This document shows, one piece after another, positions 9,755-18,559 of a stretch of 64,000 nucleotides of DNA (position 1 is the stretch's first letter; each line of letters starts with the position of its first letter). Location: the NCBI GenBank assembly GCA_938085445.1, contig CALKGR010000003.1, positions 1 through 64,000 of the forward strand. The letters run 5' to 3'. Below the pieces are notes generated by a model. It was not told the DNA's origin. It did not search any database and saw only the letters and a program-made list of their open reading frames with translations. Source of the stretch: an uncultured Rubripirellula sp. (GTDB taxonomy: Bacteria; Planctomycetota; Planctomycetia; Pirellulales; Pirellulaceae). A program made the position numbers and the translations under genes.

Positions 9755-10788
9755 GCACACTCTTGCAGCAAACGAGTCGCGGTTTCTATTGCCCTCAAGG
9801 TGATTTCTACGTCGATCCCCATCGCCCCGTGGGTCGCGCGGTCATTACCCACGCACACACTGACCACGCTCGTTGGGGTAGCCGACTTTACCTGGCAGCG
9901 AGATCGAGTGAGCATTTGCTACGCATGCGAATGAGCCCTGACGCTGAATTCCAATTCGCTAATTACGGTGAAACGATCAGCATCGGGGGCGTCAAAGTGA
10001 GTTTCCACCCGGCAGGTCACATTCTCGGCTCTGCACAGGTCAGGCTTGAATACCATGGTCGAATCGAAGTCGTTACTGGGGACTACAAACTGGGCAGTGA
10101 CGCTACCTGCGAAAGTTGGCAGCCGCTACGTTGCCATCTGCTGGTCACTGAATCGACTTTTGGATTGCCCGTGTATCGATGGCCGGAACAAAACTCTGTA
10201 TTCGACTCGATCAATCAATGGTGGCGTGAAAATCAATCACAGGATCAGTGCAGCATTCTTTACGGGTACGCCGTCGGGAAAAGCCAGAGGATCATTGCAG
10301 GACTCGATCCATCGATAGGACCCATCTTTTGTCATGGTGCGGTAGAAAAAGGAAATGAAGCCTATCGCCAGACAGGAGTAGCCCTACCACCCACGATTCA
10401 CACCTCCAACACTGAAAAGTCGCAGCGTTGGGCTGGAGCAATGATTATCGCCGTTCCGAGTGCACACGGCACACCATGGATAAAGCGTTTTGGAAAAATC
10501 AGCACAGCAATGGCCAGCGGTTGGATGGCTATTCGAGGCTCACGGCGACAGAGATCCTTCGACCGTGGTTTCATACTCAGCGACCATGTTGATTGGCCCT
10601 CTTTACTTGAGTCAGTGGATGCCTGTGATCCTGAAACTGTGTGGGTCACCCATGGATACTCAGCCGTCGTTGCGCGTTTTCTCCGAGAAGGCGGACGCGA
10701 CGCAATTTCACTCGATCGGTGGCAACGACCAGATACCGAAGAGGAAGATAGCAGGACGGATAAGAACAGCGAGGAAAAGTCAGAATGA
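9751..10788 (+). CDS. Ligase-associated DNA damage response exonuclease (metallo-beta-lactamase/beta-CASP, TIGR04122-like)
   Basis: FYVDP..PV.RAVITHAHTDHAR, AGHILGSAQ, ESTFGLP, LSDHVDW, VTHG. ATGA overlap with udgX. Confidence 0.92.
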   Translation: MSTLLQQTSRGFYCPQGDFYVDPHRPVGRAVITHAHTDHARWGSRLYLAARSSEHLLRMRMSPDAEFQFANYGETISIGGVKVSFHPAGHILGSAQVRLEYHGRIEVVTGDYKLGSDATCESWQPLRCHLLVTESTFGLPVYRWPEQNSVFDSINQWWRENQSQDQCSILYGYAVGKSQRIIAGLDPSIGPIFCHGAVEKGNEAYRQTGVALPPTIHTSNTEKSQRWAGAMIIAVPSAHGTPWIKRFGKISTAMASGWMAIRGSRRQRSFDRGFILSDHVDWPSLLESVDACDPETVWVTHGYSAVVARFLREGGRDAISLDRWQRPDTEEEDSRTDKNSEEKSE

Positions 10789-12401
10789 AGCTTTTTTCCG
10801 AACTTTACAAGCGATTGGATTCAACCACTCGTACCAACATCAAAATCGAGGCAATGACCCAGTACTTTGGTTGTGCTGAGCCTGCCGACGCTGCCTGGGC
10901 GATCTATTTTCTGTCTGGAGAAAAACTTCGACGCCTCATCCCAACCAAACTGTTGCGCCAATGGGCCGCAGAGGAAGCTAACATCCCTACATGGCTATTT
11001 GACGAATCTTACAATTCTGTAGGTGATCTGGCCGAAACCATCTCGCTGGTAGTACCTGAGCAGAAAATTGAAACGAAAGGGTCTTTGAGCGAATGGGTTG
11101 AAGAACGATTACAGCCCATTCGAACTATGGATGAAGAACAACAACGCAAGGTCGTAACCGATATCTGGCATCAGACCCCTTCAGACGTACGATTTGTCAT
11201 TCTTAAATTGATCACGGGTGCTTTTCGAGTAGGAGTCAGCAAACGCCTGGTGACTCGCGCCCTCGCGGAACATACAGGGATCTGCGCTGAAGTGCTTGCC
11301 CACCGACTGATGGGAAACTGGACCCCAACGCCTGAATCGTTCATTCGATTATCAAACCCAGATGTTGACGATGCTGTCGTCAGCCAACCTTATCCATTCT
11401 GTTTGGCGCATGCGATCGATCATGATACTACTCCTGATTCCTTGGGAATGATCGATGACTTTGCGGCGGAATGGAAATGGGACGGAATCCGCGGCCAACT
11501 GATCCAACGCGAGTCGCAAATCTTCTTATGGTCACGTGGCGAAGAACTCATGGAAAATCGCTGGCCCGAAATCGAAGCAGCAGCAGCTCTTCTGCCAACC
11601 GGGACAGTACTCGATGGTGAGATTTTAGCTACCAAAGCCGATGGTACGGTTCTTCCTTTCTCGCAGTTACAACGAAGAATCAATCGTAAAAAAGTCGGGC
11701 GGAAACTGTTGCATGAGGTGCCAGTCGTATTTCACGCATTTGACCTGCTTGAGCAGGACGGAAATGACCTTCGTTCACTGCCATGGAGACAACGCCGGAA
11801 TCAACTGGAAAGTCTAATGTCACGAGTGCAACATCCGCAGCTTCAAATCACTGAACTGATTCCTGCCCAATCTTGGACAGACTGGACTGAGATAAGAACA
11901 CACAGCCGTGAACATCACTCCGAAGGCCTGATGCTGAAACGCGTCGACGCTCCCTATGATGTGGGGCGGGTACGTGGCACATGGTGGAAGTGGAAAGTTG
12001 AACCATACACCATTGATGCTGTGCTCATTTATGCACAAAAGGGTCATGGCAAACGATCAAGTCTATTCAGCGACTACACATTCGCAGTGTGGAAAGATGA
12101 TGAGCTGGTACCATTTGCAAAAGCATACAGCGGTCTGACCAACGCCGAGCTTCGGGAAGTTGACCGCTTTGTGCGAAAAAACACAAAGGAAGCGTTCGGA
12201 CCAGTTCGAAGCGTACAGCCAGAATTGGTCATGGAACTTGCCTTTGAAGGCTTGCAAGCCAGCACACGGCACAAAAGCGGAATAGCGACACGATTTCCTC
12301 GTATCAGCCGGTGGAGGCATGACAAAGCAGCGAAAGATGCGAACACGCTAGAGGACGTACTTGACCTGCTACCTGAGTCATCAAAGCGTGGTGACCATTG
12401 A
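10785..12401 (+). CDS. ATP-dependent DNA ligase (DNA damage response-associated)
   Basis: Motif I EWKWDGIRGQ, LDGEI, FDLL, EGLMLK, WWKWK, C-terminal RFPRI..WR.DK. Confidence 0.95.
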   Translation: MKLFSELYKRLDSTTRTNIKIEAMTQYFGCAEPADAAWAIYFLSGEKLRRLIPTKLLRQWAAEEANIPTWLFDESYNSVGDLAETISLVVPEQKIETKGSLSEWVEERLQPIRTMDEEQQRKVVTDIWHQTPSDVRFVILKLITGAFRVGVSKRLVTRALAEHTGICAEVLAHRLMGNWTPTPESFIRLSNPDVDDAVVSQPYPFCLAHAIDHDTTPDSLGMIDDFAAEWKWDGIRGQLIQRESQIFLWSRGEELMENRWPEIEAAAALLPTGTVLDGEILATKADGTVLPFSQLQRRINRKKVGRKLLHEVPVVFHAFDLLEQDGNDLRSLPWRQRRNQLESLMSRVQHPQLQITELIPAQSWTDWTEIRTHSREHHSEGLMLKRVDAPYDVGRVRGTWWKWKVEPYTIDAVLIYAQKGHGKRSSLFSDYTFAVWKDDELVPFAKAYSGLTNAELREVDRFVRKNTKEAFGPVRSVQPELVMELAFEGLQASTRHKSGIATRFPRISRWRHDKAAKDANTLEDVLDLLPESSKRGDH

Positions 12402-14899
12402 TGGACACTGCTCAACAATCCACACCTGAAACCCCCTCTCAATCTGTCGATCGTTTTTTTCAGTCGATAGGCTGGAAACCATTTCGATTTCAGCGATCGA
12501 CGTGGCGTGCTTACCGCGATGGATCAAGTGGGCTGGTTCACTCCGCGACGGGAACAGGAAAAACACTCGCCGTCTGGATGGGGCCAATCTTGAAGTGGAT
12601 GGGAGAAAATCGAAATCACGACAAGTGGCAACCCAAACGGCCACCAGGGTTGCGAGTTCTGTGGATTACCCCACTCCGAGCGCTCGCTGGGGACACTGAG
12701 GCATCGTTGCGACAGCCAATCGATTACCTAGGTTTGCCTTGGCGACTTGAATCGAGAACGGGTGATAGTAAAGCCAGTGCAAAAGCCCGTCAGTTGAAAC
12801 GGTTGCCCACAGCCTTGATCACCACTCCCGAGAGCCTATCTCTCATGCTAACGCATGAGAAGCTGCTCGAACAATTCAGTCAACTGGAAGGTGTCATCGT
12901 CGATGAGTGGCACGAATTGCTGGGTACCAAACGAGGCATTCAAACAGAGCTCGCATTGTCGCGTCTGAGAAAACTGAATCCTGCACTTCGAACATGGGGT
13001 CTATCAGCAACCTTGGGTAATTTGGAACAAGCCAAACAGGCATTGGTCGGTTCTGAACCAGAACACCCAGTCAGAGTCATCGAGGGTTACAGTAAGAAAC
13101 GTTTGCAGCTTGAGTCGATTATCCCCTCACGTATCGAGTCATTTCCGTGGTCCGGCCACATCGGAACACGAATGGTCCCACAAGTCGCCGAGAAAATCGA
13201 GTCCGTTAACAGCACGCTGGTATTCGCCAACACGCGATCACAAACTGAAATCTGGTATCAACAACTGCTAAAACAGCGCCCTGACTGGGCCGGTCGCATT
13301 GCCTTGCACCACGGTTCTCTGGATACAAGTGTGCGGCAATGGGTTGAAAAAGAACTTCGAGATGGAACTCTGCGTGCCGTGGTGTGTACCAGCAGCCTTG
13401 ACCTGGGAGTCGATTACACCGCTGTAGATTTGGTGATTCAAATCGGAAGCCCGAAGGGTGCTGCTCGACTGCTTCAACGTGCTGGCCGGAGTGGTCACCA
13501 ACCTGATGCGACCAGTCGACTGGCTTTTGTTCCTACGAATGCAATTGAATTAATGGAATTGGCTGCAGCACAGGATGCTATTCGTGCTGGTCATCTTGAA
13601 GCGCGACCTCTAATTAAAAAACCTCTTGATGTATTGGCTCAGCATTTGGTGACCGTTGCTATCGGGGGTGGGTTCCACTCGCTCGAACTGCTGCAGGAGG
13701 TCCGGAAGACGCAAGCGTATGAATCGCTTACCGACCTCGAGTGGCAATGGGTACTGGACTTCGTAGTTCGCGGTGGTGCTTCTCTTGACGCCTATCCCGA
13801 ATTCAAACGTGTAGAACGCAATGATGACTTCTATCAGATCACGCAACGACGTGTACGAACCACTCATCGCATGAACATTGGCACCATTGTTTCCGATGCT
13901 GCGATGCATGTGAAATACATGAAGGGCAAAACCCTTGGTACTGCAGAAGAATCATTTTTATCCAAGCTCAAACCTGGGGAAAAATTCCTCTTTGCTGGCA
14001 GGCTTGTCGAAATGGTCTGTGTTCGTGACAACATTGCTTACGTGAAACGATCAAAAGGAACCCCCGATACTGTCCCCCGGTGGATGGGTGGACGCATGCC
14101 GTTGTCGAGTGAACTGAGCAAAGCACTTCGTCAAAAACTGCATGAAGCTTCCCATCAAAAACTGGTAGGGCGTGAAATGAAAGCTCTGACAAGCCTGCTT
14201 GAGATTCAACAACGCTGGAGCATCATTCCAAGGGCAGATCAGTTGCTGATTGAGCAGATCAAGACTCGCACTGGGTATCAGATTTTTCTATTTCCATTCG
14301 AAGGACGACTGGTTCACGAAGGCTTGGCTGCACTCATTGCTTATCGTATCTCACGAAGCTGTAAAACTACATTTTCGATGGCATGCAATGATTACGGTAT
14401 CGTACTGCAATCGCCATCAAAAACAGACATTGATCCAAAAACTGCCATGGACTGGTTTTCCACTGAAAATCTCATGGCTGATATTCTTGAGAGCATGAAC
14501 TGCACCGAGATGGCCAAACGGCAATTCAGACAGGTCGCCCGAATCGCTGGACTGATTCAACAGGGACTACCGGGCTCACGCAAAAACGCGAGACAACTTC
14601 AAGCCAGCAGCAACCTGTTCTTTGATGTTTTCTGCGAATACGACCCCAGCAATCTACTGCTGGAGCAAAGCCGCCGTGAAGTGCTCGACCAGCAACTGGA
14701 AGCATCCCGCATGCACTCTGCTATGGAACGTATCAATGAAAGCCAAATCATGCTTCAAGAACCACCACGAGTGACACCGCTGGCGTTCCCCCTGCTTGTC
14801 GATAAACTGCGCGAGCGGGTCAGCAGCGAGACGCTTGCAGATCGGATTTCCCGGATGCAGGAGCAACTCGAATCAGCCGCAGCAGATACTGGAAAGTGA
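12401..14899 (+). CDS. lhr: Ligase-associated DEXH-box helicase, Lhr-core type
   Basis: ATGTGKT, TPLRAL, DEWH, SAT, HHGSL, LDLGVD, QRAGRSGH, MNIGTI. ~833 aa. ATG at 12401 overlaps the ligase stop (TGATG). Confidence 0.93.
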   Translation: MDTAQQSTPETPSQSVDRFFQSIGWKPFRFQRSTWRAYRDGSSGLVHSATGTGKTLAVWMGPILKWMGENRNHDKWQPKRPPGLRVLWITPLRALAGDTEASLRQPIDYLGLPWRLESRTGDSKASAKARQLKRLPTALITTPESLSLMLTHEKLLEQFSQLEGVIVDEWHELLGTKRGIQTELALSRLRKLNPALRTWGLSATLGNLEQAKQALVGSEPEHPVRVIEGYSKKRLQLESIIPSRIESFPWSGHIGTRMVPQVAEKIESVNSTLVFANTRSQTEIWYQQLLKQRPDWAGRIALHHGSLDTSVRQWVEKELRDGTLRAVVCTSSLDLGVDYTAVDLVIQIGSPKGAARLLQRAGRSGHQPDATSRLAFVPTNAIELMELAAAQDAIRAGHLEARPLIKKPLDVLAQHLVTVAIGGGFHSLELLQEVRKTQAYESLTDLEWQWVLDFVVRGGASLDAYPEFKRVERNDDFYQITQRRVRTTHRMNIGTIVSDAAMHVKYMKGKTLGTAEESFLSKLKPGEKFLFAGRLVEMVCVRDNIAYVKRSKGTPDTVPRWMGGRMPLSSELSKALRQKLHEASHQKLVGREMKALTSLLEIQQRWSIIPRADQLLIEQIKTRTGYQIFLFPFEGRLVHEGLAALIAYRISRSCKTTFSMACNDYGIVLQSPSKTDIDPKTAMDWFSTENLMADILESMNCTEMAKRQFRQVARIAGLIQQGLPGSRKNARQLQASSNLFFDVFCEYDPSNLLLEQSRREVLDQQLEASRMHSAMERINESQIMLQEPPRVTPLAFPLLVDKLRERVSSETLADRISRMQEQLESAAADTGK

Positions 14900-15585
14900 G
14901 TTGTAGTGTGAAGATTCATCTGCTGGATTACGAACTGGAACTGCTTCCGGAAAAGGGTGTTTATTGGAGACAGCACCAGACTCTGTTCGTTGCTGATACG
15001 CATTTCGGAAAAGAGGCCACCTTCCGATTCCATAATATTCCGGTGCCCGATGGATCCACGTCTGAAACCTTGCGTGCTATTACGAAGATGGTGAAGCAAA
15101 CTAGCGCCAAATCACTCGTGATTCTTGGCGATATGTTTCATGCCCGATCATCGCTCTCGAAAAAGATTCGTGAACAACTGCAGGAATTTCGCAAACAACA
15201 CCAAGCATTGAAAATCAATTTGGTTCTTGGAAATCATGATCGTCCACTGGACACTCTGCCAGCCAGTTGGGAGGTTGATATCGTTCCCATGGGAGAATTC
15301 GCCGATGGCTTGGCGATAGGACATGAGCCCGAGAATATTCCGAAAGATGTCGCGATGATGCTGTGCGGGCATCTTCACCCGGCAGTGCGTTTGATCTCAG
15401 AGGTAGACCGTACCAACAGACTCCCCTGCTTCTGGTGGCACAAGAAACGCTTGGTCCTCCCTGCGATTGGGGGCTTTACTGGTTGCAGTACAATTAAGCC
15501 AAAACCAACTGATGGTGTATGGGTAGTAGCCGAAGGAAAGGTGATTGCTTACCCACGACGCAAATCAAACAGAAATTCTCCATAA
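14896..15585 (+). CDS. pdeM: Ligase-associated DNA damage response endonuclease PdeM/MPE (metallophosphoesterase)
   Basis: ADTHFGK, VPDGST, LGDMFH, GNHD, GHLHP, PAIGGFTG. GTGA overlap with lhr. Confidence 0.9.
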   Translation: MSCSVKIHLLDYELELLPEKGVYWRQHQTLFVADTHFGKEATFRFHNIPVPDGSTSETLRAITKMVKQTSAKSLVILGDMFHARSSLSKKIREQLQEFRKQHQALKINLVLGNHDRPLDTLPASWEVDIVPMGEFADGLAIGHEPENIPKDVAMMLCGHLHPAVRLISEVDRTNRLPCFWWHKKRLVLPAIGGFTGCSTIKPKPTDGVWVVAEGKVIAYPRRKSNRNSP

Positions 15586-15806
15586 CCGCTGCCACCTTCG
15601 TGATGTAATCAGCAACGATCTGGTGATCCAAAACATCGGAAATCTGCTCTCATTCCTCTCTTGGGTTGGCCCAACACCACTGCGACGTGACCCAACCTCG
15701 AGATGTTAATTGATCCGCTGGCTTCAAATCCGTAACATGATGGAAGTGAGAATCGAATCACTCGAAAGGAGCAGCGGTCATCGAAGTCAAATCGGTGGTC
15801 AATATC

Positions 15807-16850
15807 ATGGATTTTGCAGCAGACTTCACCGCCATCGACTTTGAAACCGCAAGCCATCAACCTGACAGCGCCTGCCAATTGGGTGCTGTCGTTGTCCGCG
15901 ACGGGCAAATCGTAGACCAATGCATGTGGATGATCCGCCCCGAACCACTCTATTTCAGCCAAGGTAATATTCGGATCCACGGCATCACCCCAGCTCAAGT
16001 TCGCGAAGAATCAAACTTTGGGGATATCTGGGCAGAGATCTCAAACAAAATCGGCAACGATTGTTTAGTGGCACATAACGCCAGCTTTGACATCAAAGTT
16101 CTGCTTGCATGCCTTCGCACACATCAGAAAGCGATCCCCGAATTTCATTTTACATGCACACGAGCGATAGCCCGTCGCACATGGCCGCACCATCGCCGTT
16201 ATGGATTGAAACCACTGTCAAATTGGCTCGGTATTCGCTTTCAGCATCATGATGCGCTGGAAGACTCGATCGCCTGTGCAAAGATTCTGTTGGCAGCCGG
16301 AATTGACCGCGAAGCAACGTCACTGGAGCACCTCGAGCAGATTTTGAAACTAAACCGTGGGAAAGCTGGCGATTGGGGCTACCGCGGGGCATCAGGAAAA
16401 TCGAAAAAGCGAATGAGTCACACAAATCCCAAAGCAACCACCCCGAGCTCCCCAGCAGGCTTACCTTTCCTGTTTCCCAATCAACTGGCGAGTGGTGAAA
16501 AACGGGTCCCGAAAGTCGCCGAGTCTGAACCAGAGATCGACATGCAGCGAATTCTTATTCGTGGCGAGTTTGTGCGTCCGTTAAGTGGAAAACGAATCGC
16601 ATTTTCAGGAAAATTGCGTTGCATGAGCCCTTCTGATGCCGAAACCTTAACAGCACGACTGGGCGGCACTTGGCAGGAAACTGTCGATCAGCAAACCGAT
16701 TACCTCGTCATGGGATCGAGCAGAAAATCTTCAACATCCATAGATGGTCCCGACAACGCTCATCTTGCGCAGTGTTTTAGTGAGGCAGGACATACGGTAA
16801 AAGTCGTCGACGAGCAGGCGTTTTTGAAGCTTGTGATGTCATACGACTGA
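15807..16850 (+). CDS. DnaQ-like (DEDDh) 3'-5' exonuclease with C-terminal BRCT domain
   Basis: AIDFETA, VAHNASFD, HHDALEDS; BRCT-like LSGKRIAFSGKL...LGG...TDYLVMG. Alternative GTG start at 15795. Confidence 0.88.
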   Translation: MDFAADFTAIDFETASHQPDSACQLGAVVVRDGQIVDQCMWMIRPEPLYFSQGNIRIHGITPAQVREESNFGDIWAEISNKIGNDCLVAHNASFDIKVLLACLRTHQKAIPEFHFTCTRAIARRTWPHHRRYGLKPLSNWLGIRFQHHDALEDSIACAKILLAAGIDREATSLEHLEQILKLNRGKAGDWGYRGASGKSKKRMSHTNPKATTPSSPAGLPFLFPNQLASGEKRVPKVAESEPEIDMQRILIRGEFVRPLSGKRIAFSGKLRCMSPSDAETLTARLGGTWQETVDQQTDYLVMGSSRKSSTSIDGPDNAHLAQCFSEAGHTVKVVDEQAFLKLVMSYD

Positions 16851-17078
16851 ACCACAGTACCCCGGCATGAAGAGTACCTCGGTGTAGCGAAGCAATCTTG
16901 TGTCTTTTCAAAAAATACATCGACTCAATGCCAATCAACTTTTTCAAATAACACTGGCTTTCAAACGCTATATTCCACCCAAGACGGGCTCTGGCTTACA
17001 TCATAGTGTGTTGGATCGTTGGTCATTTCTGATTCTGTACCACCCTGTAACGAACATTGCTCGATTGGCGTTTATCCC

Positions 17079-18089
17079 ATGAATTACGGTCTTATTCTTC
17101 TTCTCGTTGGTCTGGTTGCCGCTCACTTGGCTGCTCAGAGCCCGACTGTTGATGCCCAAGAAAAGGATCAGGACAGCCTCGTGGAGGAGGCAAATTCCTT
17201 GAATAAAAAAACGCCCACTGAATCAGCCGCTCCATTCAATGTGCCCTTCAAAACATATGGTGGGACACAATTCTGGACAGATCATCTACACACCCATGGT
17301 TACCGTATTCAATCGAATTGGATGACCAATCATTGGCGACTACTTGATGCCACTGACGTCCGCCGCGCTTGGGGCACCAGGAAGCAGTGTGAAACTGCTT
17401 TGAGTGATTTGCTGAGCGACAAGAAAGATGAATCCGAAGATAAGGAATACGTCGTTCTGTTGCATGGCCTGATGCGCTCGCACCAATCCATGCGATCCAT
17501 GGAAAAAAAGTTACAGACGGCTGACTGTGGAACAGTCTTGCGTTTCAGCTACGCGAGCACCAGAAATACGATTGGAGATCACGCAGCAGCCCTTCAAGAG
17601 GTACTCACGGCCTTGCCCAAAGACGCGAAGATTTCCTTTGTGGCTCATAGCATGGGGAATATCGTCGTTCGTCATCTGCTTGCAGATTTGAAAGAAGAAG
17701 GTGATCCAGATGGTCTGCTGCAGCGATGCGGATGCATGGTCATGCTAGGGCCTCCCAATCAGGGTGCTGCTATCGCTCGACGTCTGGCTTACACCAAAGT
17801 GTTTGGTCTTGTCGCAGGTAAAACCGGCCTGCAACTCGGACCTAACTGGGAACAACTGGTTGGAAATCTTGCCATTCCCGAATTTCCGTTCTCGATTATT
17901 GCTGGTGATCTGAGCCAAAAAAATGTTCGCAATCCAATTCTGGGTGAAAACAGTGACTTTGTTGTGCAGGTGGAAGAAACCCAACTCGAGGGTCATGAAG
18001 CATTCACCATCGTGCCGGTGTTACATAGCACATTGATGAAAAATCCGAAGGTGCAACAACTAGTCGTTGACTTTCTTAAGTCGCACTAA
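17079..18089 (+). CDS. Exported alpha/beta hydrolase (lipase/esterase family)
   Basis: Signal peptide; VVLLHGL, AHSMG nucleophile elbow, LGPPNQGA, Asp/His near the C-terminus. Confidence 0.85.
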   Translation: MNYGLILLLVGLVAAHLAAQSPTVDAQEKDQDSLVEEANSLNKKTPTESAAPFNVPFKTYGGTQFWTDHLHTHGYRIQSNWMTNHWRLLDATDVRRAWGTRKQCETALSDLLSDKKDESEDKEYVVLLHGLMRSHQSMRSMEKKLQTADCGTVLRFSYASTRNTIGDHAAALQEVLTALPKDAKISFVAHSMGNIVVRHLLADLKEEGDPDGLLQRCGCMVMLGPPNQGAAIARRLAYTKVFGLVAGKTGLQLGPNWEQLVGNLAIPEFPFSIIAGDLSQKNVRNPILGENSDFVVQVEETQLEGHEAFTIVPVLHSTLMKNPKVQQLVVDFLKSH

Positions 18090-18559
18090 ATCTGCCATTT
18101 CGAACAGCAGTGCGTCTCTTTCTCAGGGGCGATGAACTGCGAACTCATGAGCCATAGCAACGTGCCTCGACCAAGACAATCGTCCTTGATCCAATGCCCG
18201 CACGAGATCTAATCCGCATAAGATCGACAGCGTCGCTGATTCTGTCCATCAAAACGACACCCAATGAACGTACTGGGCGATTGTGATACAACTGAAGTTG
18301 AGGTCATCATGTCCGGTCTCTAGCAGCAGAAGAGAACGCCCGAAAAGTGGCTGTCGTAAAATAAAGAGAACGCAGACGTCAATTGACACCTGCGTTCACG
18401 ATAGAATAGCCGCTAAAATAATGATGGGATTAGATAAGATCTGGACGCCCACCCGATGTCCGCAACAATCGTTCCGGATTTCATCAAAGCAATGTAAATG
18501 GCTGAACCAGATGGAAAGATTATTGATCGGAAGGTCATCCTTGTAAAGGGTGAATTTCA

